DNA of 64,000 nt from Eledone cirrhosa (lineage: Eukaryota): assembly GCA_964016885.1 (NCBI GenBank), contig OZ024740.1, positions 133,424,001-133,488,000 of the forward strand, written 5' to 3'. A program made the translations under genes and the position numbers. Shown piece after piece: positions 1 to 11,500 of this stretch (the first letter of the stretch is position 1; each line of letters starts with the position of its first letter). Under the pieces are notes generated by a model, which was not told the DNA's origin, searched no databases, and was given only the letters and a program-made list of their open reading frames with translations.

Positions 1-2480
1 CGGTCTTTCATTATCAGAACTGTGGTACCTTTTGTCAACCACTCTGGTACCTCACCTGACATCAAGCACTCATTGAACATGGCCTCAGGGATCAAGTCGT
101 TGCCTCTTTCTTTCCCCTCAAGCTGTCCAAACAGCATCTTCTGGTTGTTGTCGAACATGCGGTTCTGTTTATACTGACTGACTCTGTTCTCGTATCGCCT
201 GATTTTTGCACTTTGCTACAATGCGTTGCTTCAGTTCCTCTATGATAATATGTAGCTTTTTCCTCCTAGTTTTCTACTTTATTTCCAGTCTATTTTTAGT
301 GCCTATGTTTTTTAGTGTCCCATTCAGTAGGGACTCAAGCTTTCCAATGTCATTTCTCATTTCCCTGATTTGACCACTCAGTCGTTTCTTCCACCACGGC
401 TCTGCTCTTTCTTGTCTGTTGTTTCCTCTCGCTTTTATACCAAGTAGTTTCCTCACCGTATTTGCTGTTGCTTTGAGGATATTGTTGCACTGGTGAAGGC
501 TCCTCGCCTCAAGGTATGGGATGACTTTGTTTACCTTAGCTATTGTTTCTTTTAACTTTTTCCTGTCTACAAATCTTAGGTTCATAGGTCTCCCACTATC
601 ATTGTTCAATTCATCTACCACTAAATTTAGGATGTCAACCGAATCTTGTCCCAGCCCGTCAGCATTCATCTCCTCAGTGGCCGTATCTCTGTTCCAGGTA
701 TTATTTATCTCAGCATCCAGATCATTGTCTGCTTCGGGTGTTTCCTCCGTTCTATCGACCTCTTCACCTTCATTTCCCACTGGCTCGTTTGCCAGGCATA
801 CTCCGCCCTCCATCTCCAAGCTAATCTCTCTGCTCAGTTCCTCCAGTTCCAGATCGCTTATCCACCCATTAGTTCTTATTACCCGAGCCTGCCTGGCCAA
901 TTTTTGGTCATCTAATTTAAATAGACCAATCTCGTTCCAGATGTTATGCATCCGTCTCCTATAGCCCCTCTCCTTGGGGTTACTTTTCAGGTAACATTGC
1001 ATAACAGTTCTATTCAATTCTTTCGTCCAGTTGGTTCTGGTCCCTTTCCTTCTTCTTCTTCCTCCGACACCAGCAGTATTTGGTTCACAGCCAGGTTCCT
1101 GCTGCTGAGCCAGGGAGCACCTGATGGGTGAGAGTCTGTCACATGACGTTCTAGTCTCCATTTCACCGTTATTCGAACAGTTTAGGTTCGATATTTAAAC
1201 ACACTTATCGAGGATTGGCGAATGTATGGTTACATAACCATCTGTGGATTCACCGTCTCCGGTGGTTGCGCCGCTCCACTTGGCTCTTGTGTGGAATTAT
1301 CACCACGCTGTAGACGAACACAAATAAACAAACAAACACACAGGCAGAAAAAAACCCAAAAATGAATAAGCATAAGTTTCATTGTAATGTAGTGTTCGAA
1401 TGTCTGACTTAGTTTTTCCCTTCTCTTCTCTGTCCGTCCGCTTGTTTCTCTCTTCATTCTTATTTTCTTTACGTTTTTTTTTTGTTTTTGTTTTTCTCTG
1501 TTTGTTTTTCTCTTTTTTTGCTGTTGTTGCTGTGCTGCTTTGGTTTTGATGTTTGTTTTTTCTTTTTTCTTTTGAGTCTATCTATATATTTTGATGCCTT
1601 CCTCTTTTTTAGTAGGAATTCTATAATGTGGTGGCAGCAACTAGCAGGGTGCAATGGGAGAGAATAGCGGCGGTAGCGATACTGAGACAGTGGTGGTGGT
1701 GATGTCGACACTGAGGCAGTGGTGGTGGTGATGTGATCGTATTACTGTAGTGATGGTGTTGTAGCAGTGTTAGCAATGAAGGAGTGGTGGCGGCGGTGAT
1801 GGGATAGTGGTAGTAATGATGGCAGTGGTGGTGGTGATGTGTTCGTATTACTGTAGTGATGGTGTTGTAGCGGTGGTAGCAATGAAGGTGTGGTGGCGGC
1901 GGTGATTGTATAGTGGTAGTAATGATGGATGGGCGGTGTTGTCGTTACTGATGTCCGTTCGGTGAATCTATGGGGTTAGTCGCGTATATGTGTTGACATA
2001 AATTCCCTTAATGTTGGAATTAAAAATTTTGTTAAAACTTGGGACAATAATAATAGTATTTATTATTATCATTATTATGTTGAGATTGGTTGTGGTGGTG
2101 GTGAAATTGCAGTTATCTGGCTGTTGTGTTTAGTGTACACAGAGAGGTGATGGGGTAGGCGGTGTATCTAGTTTCTGGTGTTGGTGAGATTGGTGTTGTT
2201 TGGCTGTTCTATATAGTGTAGACAGAGGAGGGGGGGTTCTTCTTCTTCCATTTATAGCCATTTTCTTTTTTGAATATATAATGTACAATACAAAGTTGAA
2301 TATTTGAATATTTGAGCCTTCTAACAATATATTTTGGGTCCGAATTCTTTTGGGGCTCAAGCCGGATGCTTTACGTAACATTTGTACTAAGAGTCGTTAT
2401 TTCACAAATGATTTAAATATGTTAAAAATTCAAAACTTACGGGAGCGATTTCATGACCTTCTACCACCTCGTGCGTCTTC
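1..2480 (-). mobile_element. R4/Dong-like non-LTR retrotransposon, family B copy 1 (5' half with full leader; 3' part runs off the window)
   Basis: Near-identical to 4575-6660. The 5' end (plus strand caaaacttacgggagcgatt...ccacct) matches the 5' end of the copy at 58750-58787. About 250 nt are deleted near position 85 relative to copy 2. Confidence 0.9.
274..1161 (-). pseudogene. N-terminal 295 aa of the R4-like ORF, ended by a premature stop
   Basis: Protein nearly identical to the N-terminus of 2595-5987. TAG replaces the TAC (Tyr) codon of copy 2. Confidence 0.9.
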
Positions 2481-2486
2481 TTCCCT

Positions 2487-2520
2487 TATTATTACTATTA
2501 TTATTATTGTTATTGTTATT
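2487..2520. repeat. Degenerate (TTA)n tract: tail/target between two tandem R4-like copies
   Basis: ttattattactattattattattgttattgttatt lies directly between the 3' UTR of copy 2 and the 5' end of copy 1. Confidence 0.85.
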
Positions 2521-5500
2521 CCTTGAATCTCAGTCATTGATGTTGGTTAACTGGAAAGTCCGTTGGATTGAATATCAAGCCACTACCTGCAGCCTCAGAT
2601 ATTCAGGACGTATCGGAGGGTTCTTGCCGTTCCAAGCAAGCATGCCTTTTGAAGCGTTCCAAAAAGCGTGAAGGGGCCGATTTTCTTTAACCATCCCTGG
2701 AAACCTTTGGAGATAGTCCCCAGTGCGCCTATGACAATCGGGATCACTTTGACCTCATGGCAGTTCCAAATCCTTTTCACCTCCCACTTTAGGTCCTGGT
2801 ATCGGTTAATTTTCTCCCTCTCCTTCTCTTGCACTCTCGTGTCGAACGGGCAGGCCACATCCACAATCAGGCACGATCTTTTTTCTTTGTCCACAACCAC
2901 CAGGTCAGGTCTATTGTGTTCCAGTTTTTTGTCCGTCTGTATCCTAAAATCCCACAGCACCTTCACCTGACTGTTCTCCATCACCGCCTCTGGCCTATGC
3001 TCATACCATTTCTCAGAATGTGGTAGATTGTTTACTTTGCACAGGTGCCAGTGGATCACCCTGCCCATCACATCGTGTCTCCAGCCCTTATAGTGGGTCT
3101 GGGCTAGGTGTTTACACTCGGACACAATGTGAGCCACAGTCTCCTCTCTCTCTCCACAGATCCTGCACAGTGGGCTAGCCTCCTCCTTGTAGATATGGTG
3201 CTTCAACCACTTCGTTTTGAGGGCCTGCTCCTGCGCAGCCATTAGCATTCCTTCTGTAGCCTTTTTGAGGTCTCCTCTTCTCAACCAGTTCCATGTCTGT
3301 GGATCTCTAAATTCAGTTTTCTCAAAGAAGGTACTATGAAGGGATTTTCCCTTAAGGCTGCTCTTCCTCCTTGATGTTATTTCCTCCTTGGATATCCCCT
3401 GGCCTACTGTCCCCTCCTTCAGTACAGCTCTGAGCATTGGCTCCTTACTATAGGTCACGTATTTGTATAGGTTGTTTTTCTCCATCTGAACACAGTCCTC
3501 TATGCTGATAAGACCTCTTCCACCCTCAGATCTCCTTAGGTAGAGTCTATCGACATCACTCCTCTTGTGGAACATGTTGTAGATAGTCAATAGCTTCCTA
3601 GTCTTCCTATCCATTTCTTTTTGTTCAGCAACATTCCATCTCAGAATTCTCGCACTGTACCTAATAATAGACACAGCTCGGGAATTTACTGCGCTTATGG
3701 CATTTCTGCTGTTCAGATGTGACTTCAATACGCTCCTTACTCTCCGAATGTATTCAGTTCTTAACAATTCCTTCATTTTTTTGTTCTTTATGCCATCAGC
3801 CTCCAGAACGCCCAAATACTTGTATCCTTCCTCAGAGTCAATTTCCTTTATCATCTCACCTGTTGGTATCTGGATCCCGTTACTTCTGCTCAACCTACCC
3901 CTCCTCATCACAATGACTCCACATTTACCAATACCAAACTGCATACATATATCACTGCTGAAAATACGGACAGTGTCAACAAGCACATCCAACTCCTTCT
4001 CACTTTTCCCGAAGAGCTTAAGATCGTCCATGAAGAGGAGGTGATTGATGGTAAGCTCTCCCCTTCCCAACTTGTATCCTGCTCTCACTTTTCGCAGCAT
4101 AATGGTCAAGGGCATCAGGGCAAGGACAAACAACAGAGGGGACAGGCTATCTCCCTGGAAGATACCTCTCTTGATCTTCACGCTTCCCAAGGATACTCCA
4201 GTTGATGTCAACTCTGTCTCCCAGGACCCCATACTCCTGCCCAGCAACTGTCTGATGTTATCTGCCACCCTGAAGATCTCCAGGCTTTTGGTGATCCAGG
4301 AATGAGGCACCATGTCAAATGCCTTTCTGTAGTCTATCCATCCCATGGCAAGATCAGTGTGTCTCCTCCTGCAATTCCCCATTACCATCTTATCAATAAG
4401 CAACTGGTTCTTTGTACCACGTGACTTCTTTCGGCATCCTTTCTGTTCGTCCGGCAACAAGTTGTTTGTGTGGAGGTGATGGTAGATTTCCTCAGACACA
4501 ATGCTCGTCAACAGTTTCCACATTACGGGCAGACATGTGATAGGTCTATAGTTGGTAACATCATTACCCTTGATTCGGTCTTTCATTATCAGAACTGTGG
4601 TACCTTTTGTCAACCACTCTGGCACCTCACCCGACACCAAGCAGTCATTGAACATGGCCGTCAGCTTCGGGTGGAGGGATGTTAAATGTTTAATCCAATA
4701 CCTCTGCACACCATCTGGGCCTGGTGATTTCCAGTTGGTTAGTTTTTTGGCTTGCCCCTTAAGAGTTTCAACTGTGATACTCAAATCAGTCTGTTGCTGT
4801 GCCTGCTCATCGATCTCCCTCTGTACTGTCTCAATCCACCCTGCCTGGGCATTGTGTCTAACATCCTGCTCCCATATTCCTCTCCAGAATGTTTTAGCTT
4901 GTTCCGCCCCAGGGATCAAGTCGTTGCCTCTTTCTTTCCCCTCAAGCTGTCCAAACAGCATCTTGTGGTTGTTGTCGAACATGCGGTTCTGTTTATACTG
5001 ACTGACTCTGTTCTCGTATCGCCTGATTTTGGCACTCTTTGCTACAATGCGTTGCTTCAATTCCTCTATGATAATATTTAGCTTTTTACTCCTAGTTTTG
5101 TATTTTATTTCCAGTCTATTTTTAGTGCCTATGTTTTTTAGTGTCCCATTCAGTAGTGACTCAAGCTTTCCTATGTCATTTCTCATTTCCTCGATTTGCC
5201 CACTCAGTCGCTTCTTCCACCACGGCTCTGCTCTTTCTTGTCTGTTGTTTCCTCTCGCTTTTATACCAAGTAGTTTCCTCACCGTATTTGCTGTTGCTTT
5301 GAGGATATTGTTGCACTGGTGAAGACTCCTCGCCTCAAGGTATGGGATGACTTTGTTTACCTTAGCTGTTGTTTCTTTTAACTTTTTCCTGTCTACAAAT
5401 CTTAGGTTCATAGGTCTCCCACTATCATTGTTCAACTCATCTACCACTAAATTTAGGATGTCAACCGAATCTTGTCCTAGCCCGTCAGCATTCATCTCCT

Positions 5501-6665
5501 CAGTGGCCGTATCTCTGTTCCAGGTATTATTTATCTCAGTATTCAGATCATTGTCTGCTTCGGGTGGTTCCTCCGTTCTCAGGACCTCCTCACCTTCATT
5601 TCCCGCCGGCTCGCTTGTCTGGCATACTACACCCGCCATCTCCAAGCCATTCTCTCTGCTCAGTTCCTCCAGTTCCAGCTCGCCTATCCACCCATTAGTT
5701 CTTATTACCCGAGCCTGCCCGGCCAATTTTTGTTCATCTAATTTAAATAAACCAATCTCGTTCCAGATGTTATGCATCCGTCTCCTGTAGCCCCTCTCCT
5801 TGGGATTACTTTTCAGGTAGCATTGCATAACAGTTCTATTCAATTCTTTCGTCCAGTTGGTTCTGGCCCCTTTCCTTCTTCTTCTTCCTCCAACATCAGC
5901 AGTATTTGGTTGACAGTCAGGTTCCTGCTGCTGAGCCAGGGGGCACCTGTCGGGTGAGAGTCTGTCACATGACGTTCTAGTCTCCATTTCACCGTTATTC
6001 GAACTGTTTATGTTCGATATTTAAACACTCTTATCGAGGATTGGCGAATGTATGTTTACATAGCCATCTGTGGATCCGCCATCCCACTTGGCCCTTGTGT
6101 GGCATTATCACCACGCTGTATACGGACACACATAAACAAACAAACACACGGGCAGAAAGGGCCCCAAAAATGAATAAGCATAAGTTTCATTGTAATGTAG
6201 TATTCGAATGTCTGACTTAGTTTTTGTTTTTTAAGTTTTACTTTTTCCCCCCCTCTTCTCTGTCCGTCCGCCTGCTTCTCTCTTCATTCTTATTTTCTTT
6301 ACGTTTTTGGGGTGTCTTTTTTTGTTTTTGTTTTTCTCTGTTTCTTTTTCTCGTTTTTTGCTGTTGTTGCTGTGCTGCTTTTGTTGTTTGTTTTTTCTTT
6401 TTTCTTTTGAGTCTATCTATATATTTTGATGCCTTCCTCTTTGTTAGTAGTAGGAATTCTATAATGTGGAAGTGGCAGCCAGCAGAGACTGGCGGCGTTG
6501 GCGATACTGAGACAGTGGTGGTGGTGATGTCGATACCGAGGCAGTGGTGGCGGTGATGCGACCGTATTACTGTAGTGATGGTGCTGTAGCGGTGGCAGCA
6601 GCAGTGAAGGAGTCAAGGGGTGGTGGCGGCGGTGATGGGATAGTGGTGGTAATGATGGCCGTAGT
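2521..6665 (-). mobile_element. R4/Dong-like non-LTR retrotransposon, family B copy 2 (ORF intact, leader 5'-truncated)
   Basis: Single RT+RLE ORF, short 3' UTR ending in (TAA)n, and a leader homologous to 1162-1850. Confidence 0.93.
2595..5987 (-). CDS. 1130-aa reverse transcriptase with restriction-like endonuclease (R4/Dong-type ORF)
   Basis: N-terminal W-T-x-E-x-N...CY...GY..RM...W Myb-like motif; RT motifs KSPGPDG, YRPITCL, WIDYRKAFD, QGDSLSPLLF, LFMDD; CCHC knuckle CRIC..ETVAHIVSEC; RHD; RPD..D..EKINRY PD-(D/E)xK endonuclease. Confidence 0.95.
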   Translation of the reverse strand: METRTSCDRLSPDRCPLAQQQEPDCQPNTADVGGRRRRKGARTNWTKELNRTVMQCYLKSNPKERGYRRRMHNIWNEIGLFKLDEQKLAGQARVIRTNGWIGELELEELSRENGLEMAGVVCQTSEPAGNEGEEVLRTEEPPEADNDLNTEINNTWNRDTATEEMNADGLGQDSVDILNLVVDELNNDSGRPMNLRFVDRKKLKETTAKVNKVIPYLEARSLHQCNNILKATANTVRKLLGIKARGNNRQERAEPWWKKRLSGQIEEMRNDIGKLESLLNGTLKNIGTKNRLEIKYKTRSKKLNIIIEELKQRIVAKSAKIRRYENRVSQYKQNRMFDNNHKMLFGQLEGKERGNDLIPGAEQAKTFWRGIWEQDVRHNAQAGWIETVQREIDEQAQQQTDLSITVETLKGQAKKLTNWKSPGPDGVQRYWIKHLTSLHPKLTAMFNDCLVSGEVPEWLTKGTTVLIMKDRIKGNDVTNYRPITCLPVMWKLLTSIVSEEIYHHLHTNNLLPDEQKGCRKKSRGTKNQLLIDKMVMGNCRRRHTDLAMGWIDYRKAFDMVPHSWITKSLEIFRVADNIRQLLGRSMGSWETELTSTGVSLGSVKIKRGIFQGDSLSPLLFVLALMPLTIMLRKVRAGYKLGRGELTINHLLFMDDLKLFGKSEKELDVLVDTVRIFSSDICMQFGIGKCGVIVMRRGRLSRSNGIQIPTGEMIKEIDSEEGYKYLGVLEADGIKNKKMKELLRTEYIRRVRSVLKSHLNSRNAISAVNSRAVSIIRYSARILRWNVAEQKEMDRKTRKLLTIYNMFHKRSDVDRLYLRRSEGGRGLISIEDCVQMEKNNLYKYVTYSKEPMLRAVLKEGTVGQGISKEEITSRRKSSLKGKSLHSTFFEKTEFRDPQTWNWLRRGDLKKATEGMLMAAQEQALKTKWLKHHIYKEEASPLCRICGEREETVAHIVSECKHLAQTHYKGWRHDVMGRVIHWHLCKVNNLPHSEKWYEHRPEAVMENSQVKVLWDFRIQTDKKLEHNRPDLVVVDKEKRSCLIVDVACPFDTRVQEKEREKINRYQDLKWEVKRIWNCHEVKVIPIVIGALGTISKGFQGWLKKIGPFTLFGTLQKACLLGTARTLRYVLNI

Positions 6666-6694
6666 GAGTTATTCTTAGCGAGTTATTCTTAGAC

Positions 6695-7140
6695 CACCTA
6701 CTTATTCCTGAGAGGGTTGTGAGCGCAGACTCCACAAACACTCTTTCCATCGAGTCCTGTAAGAAGTAACCCTTTTCAATTGATCCGGCTGGATCCCCAA
6801 GCGAGACCAGTTGATCTCAAGGATATTATTCAACCATCTTGATCCAGTCTACCTCATGGCCCTGCCGGTTGGTTTTGCCTGTAAAATCTGTCCAGCGATT
6901 CTTTCTTGGGACATTCTAACAAAATTTCCATATTATCGGAGCTGTGATCTCTCAATTCGAGGAAGTGTCTCTACCTGGAGTGACTCTCTGATAAACTAAC
7001 TACGCACTTTGTCGAGTAACTTTGCACCAAAGACCTTTACGAGGATCCCCATTTTGGCTGCTTGTATTAGGGATCGTTGAAACATGTCCATATGTAACGT
7101 TTGGCCCGAATACAAAATTGAAGATAGCGAGTTTCGCTCT
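6695..7140 (-). mobile_element. Degenerate RTE-clade LINE 3' fragment
   Basis: Minus-strand remnant (PTGRA..RWLNNILEINWSRLGIQP). Its end ccacctacttattcctgagagggtt resembles 34682-34710, and the body resembles 33040-33420. Confidence 0.55.
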
Positions 7141-7319
7141 GACCTCGCGTCTACTGATTACCAAATGCACACTGCGCAGCCTTCCTTGTGAGGAGGTTTG
7201 TCCCAGTTTACGCAGCGCTGATTTTCATTCCAGCCATGCATCACTGAACTTCAAACATATGACGTGCAATTTGGAACTCACCTTCTGTTGTCTTAAAATT
7301 CCAGCCGACCGGGTACAAT

Positions 7320-8510
7320 AGGAAGGACGATTTGCCTCTGAAAGATATGTTTCTGTGAATGGTGCAAATTTATGCACCAAACGAGTAGTCTGAATATTGA
7401 TCCTTCTTTGATGAAGTCACTGCAGCGCCAGATTTAGTTAAGAGTCACTCTAATAGGAGTCTTCAATGTACATGTTGACACTGACAGTCTGACATGGAAA
7501 TGAGTGGATGAAAGGAACAGCGAACCCCATCAAAATTCGAATGGAGAGGCCTTATTAGATTTTTGTTCTAGCAATGGACTCTTTATTATGAACACCTACT
7601 TCCAGCGCAGAGACATCTGGTATAAGGTTAACAAGGGACAGAGGTCAATAATTGATTTTGTTATTGTCTCTGATCTTTCCGATTCTGTGCTGCATGTTCG
7701 TGTTAATAGAAGAGCTGAGCTGTCATCTGATCAACATTTAGCTATAAGGAACTTGAGACTACCTAAAGCCAAAGCCCACAGAACATGCAAATCCCTGTTC
7801 ACCTCCAGGATGAAGTGGGAAGCATTGGTGGATGAGGAAGTCACGATTAGGTATGCAGATACTTTGGCATCCAAATTCTGACAAATCCTTGGGCAAACTA
7901 AGGACTTTGAAACAGTGTGGGGATTACTCAGCTCTGCAGATTCTAAATGTTAAATGCTGCGGGTGAAAATGTTTTGGTGTGGCACCGGATGTCATGAAGA
8001 TCCCGCGGTTCAATCAAAAGGTCAAAGATGTCATTCGAACTAAGAAGGAGGCCTACAAAGCTTGACGCTTGACTTGTAAATAAGTCTTCCTGCCTTCACC
8101 TCCGGTACAAGTAGGCACGAAGAATCGTAGCAGGGACAGTAAAGGCGTCCTCAGTTATGATATGGGTGAACTTTGGGTTTAAGCCGAAAACACTCTTCAA
8201 ATCAGCAAATAAAGTGTTCTGGCAGACCATCCACCATATTCGTATTAACAATTCCTCCTCCACATTTGCTATCAGGAATGCATCATGCGTTCCCCTCTCA
8301 TCAGAGAGATACATTCTCTCTTTGCTGATGACCTAAACCTTATCACAAAAGCATCTTCTGATGTACACGAGGTGCGTCTGGAATCAATGATTAATCTCTC
8401 GGAGGGTGAGGTCACAAGAGCAGTTAAAGAACTCAAATAAGACAAGGCTCCTGGGGAGGATTGAATTCGACGCAGGATATCAAAAGCCTTAAATAGAGAA
8501 GTTATTCTTT
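7320..8510 (+). pseudogene. Degenerate RTE-clade APE endonuclease and RT start
   Basis: QIYAPN, FNVHV, NGEALLDFC..NGLFIMNTYF, RSIIDFVIVS, SSDQHL, KAPGED motifs, broken by stops and frameshifts. Confidence 0.75.
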
Positions 8511-11500
8511 TGTTTTTAATCAATTTATAAAATTTATACAAAATGAGTCACGGTAGATTGCTTCAATTATAGATGGATCTCATTTTTAAGCCTCCCCGGT
8601 AAAGTCTAAGCTAAGTGTGTGACAAAGAGATGTAGGTGTCCAAGCTACACACTTTTCCAAACTAATAAGGCCTAGATATAGTTTCACAACGCAACTCCAG
8701 CAATAGCGGCAATAGAAATTAAGCAGTCTATATAAAAACAAATCTGAACAACAGACCACTTGCAGTCTGGTATCCAACATAAACTATAAATAAAGTGTAA
8801 AAAGCTCTATCAGTTAAAAGAAACAACAACTCAAACGATGTGCAAACTACTTAATTATAACTTGAAATTATCTACTTTGCAACATTCATTCAAAAATGAT
8901 ATATAAGATAGAAAAAAATATACAATGAATGTTTATTCTGAATACACTTGTTTCACGCCGTTGGTTTAAATACCATTGATTATTACATAAATATGAAAAA
9001 GATAATACCAAAATTAAGTAATGAGAAAAAAGTAAAGGTGTAGGGAAGGGCAGATCTGGCTGTATGGGAAAGTAGAGAAAAGGGCTATAAATGCCAGAAA
9101 TGAGAATAAAAAAGAGGGAAAAGGCAAGGAATCTTGGTCCACAAAAGAAAGTGTGGGAGAAGGGGAGAGAGAGTGATAGGCTCAGGGCCGAAAGCGGTCA
9201 GACCTGCAATGGCCTTGTCGCGGACAGTGGCCAATATGCATTGTATATCCGATGTTCACGAATTAATCACAAACTATATCAGCTGTGCCATATTATGAAT
9301 GACATTTGTGTGGCTACTAAACAATAACTAGATCAAAAGATATAAACACTAGTAAAGCGGCAAGAAAGACATTTCCCTCAGCTCGATGGAGAACAATATA
9401 ATTAAAATTAACAACCAAATTACATGAATACCAAATTATCTACAATATCAATAAATAGATTAATAAATATAATTCGCTGCTTTAAACTAGTTGCTAATGG
9501 CTGAACCATTAGAGCGTTGATTAAATTTGTTTAGGGTCTCTGCGTTCTGACTTCAAACCAAAACGCGGTCTTCTTTGGCTTGTACCGGCCCAGTGTCGGT
9601 GCACCACTCTCTCTTTCCAACTATCACATTTTGGATGTTCCGCTCGATCAACAGTGTGTTGTGGAGAGAGAGTATGTCTTGTCGTGACTGCTGAGCACCT
9701 AAAACACCTAGCGAAAGCATGGTACATATTACAAAGTCATAGTCGATTGCAAGTGATGGTTATTATAATTACAATAATTATACATGAAAACTAGATGTAC
9801 AAACTGACACTGCAATTTCACGCCTAGAGAAAGAATTTAGAAGTAGATTGGAATGGTAGATTGCAAAATGGTACATGTGATTATTTATGCATCTCTGAAC
9901 GTTTGTTTTTATTCCTATGCCTATGATTTAGCTTTATTTATTCTTGTGTGGGGAGGCATGTACATGTGAATATCCGTTTAGATCCGAAGCGTGTATAAAT
10001 GAATTTGGAGGATGTAGAGATGAAATGATTATTGAATACGTTCTTTACTCAGGTCTCGATACGAGTAAAACTTTGACAATTCATTCTATTCTTTTCATTG
10101 TCCTCAGGTCATATTTAGTAAACTTGGCATGAAATCATTATTTCCTTCTTTCTGGATAAAAGGAATATTCCAATGGGGACAGATTTCACTTTTTGTGCCA
10201 AAGATCTCTCAAAAGAGAGCGATGGAAATGAAGAAGTTACAAAACGAAGTAAAATAAAAATATTCGTTTCTTGAATGAAAAAAAAAAATATTCATAGCCA
10301 ACTTTCTGAGAATACATGGCGTGTGTGTTGCCAAGTAAATATTTTAAAGCTGTTCCCCCAGCATGCATTTTAGTAGCCATAATTTAGAGATAAGCTATTA
10401 TTCGTTTACTCAATTACGTGTTCCGGACGAGGGGCTGAGGTCATGCTGGGGCACCGCCATATATGAAATTGAAATAAGCGTTTAATTGTAGATGTTTATT
10501 GATGTTTTTTTTTACGTAAAATATATCAATTCCATAATTATTAATACTGTTACTAGATGTTACCATATTGTTACTATTGTTACTAGAATTATTAATATTA
10601 TTACCACAGACGAAAGGTTTTGTGGTACTTAGTGATATCTCTTTACGTTCTCAGCCATTATTTCCCTCGTATATGCACTACCTTACAAACAAATTGATGT
10701 CGAGTCAAATTGATAAATCTCAAATATTGGTACTGAAAAGGCAGAATCGATAGAGCACTTGACAAAATTAACTATGGTATTTCTTCTGGATCTTTACGTT
10801 CTGAGTTCAGGTCCCACAAAATATAACCTTGCTTTTCTACCTTCCGCGGATCGATAGAATAAAACATTATCAAGTAATGCATTGAATTTAATCGAGTTGT
10901 GCCTAGGCTACAAAACAATATTATCATAATTAACGAGGCGAGTTAGTAGGCATGAAAAAGCTTAAGAGCGTTTAAGTACTCACATTTACGTACTTGGTTC
11001 AATTCTTAGGCGTGTAAAATTGTCTTTCAAACTCCCGTAAAAAAAAAACATATTATGGGTTGATACAAAGACTATGTACCTCTCCAATAAAAAAAAAACA
11101 TATTTTAGTCGAGCTGTGGATAGTAGAATCGCCGGAACACCACATTTATTTGTAACCTACAAACTACCTAGGACAATGTTTTCCATACGGCCAAGCGAGG
11201 TTGATAAAATTTCTTGTTATAGTCGAGGTCGATATGTGATTTTGTTTCATAATACAGTGTGTTCGATACTGAATCTCAATGGTCAGAAACCAGTAACTTA
11301 TTTTGATTCGAATTTGAAACAAAACTTACATTCTGCGCTTCTAACTTAACCTAAAATTATTACGTGCCTCATGATGTCATGATTTGACAACACTGAGACA
11401 GTTATCGAAATTATTGAACAGCGAATACCTGGCATCTTAGTATTGTTTTTTTTTACACTTTACATTTTATTTTAGTACTTTTTCTTTTCTTTCTCATTTC

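Noticed and set aside
521-964. Plus-strand ORFs overlapping the R4 ORFs (also 5347-5790 and similar)
   Set aside because: Antisense shadows of the real ORF; they recur only because the element is repeated.
1162-1310. HDV-like ribozyme in the R4 leader
   Set aside because: GC-rich, but I could not build the nested double pseudoknot by eye; needs a descriptor search.
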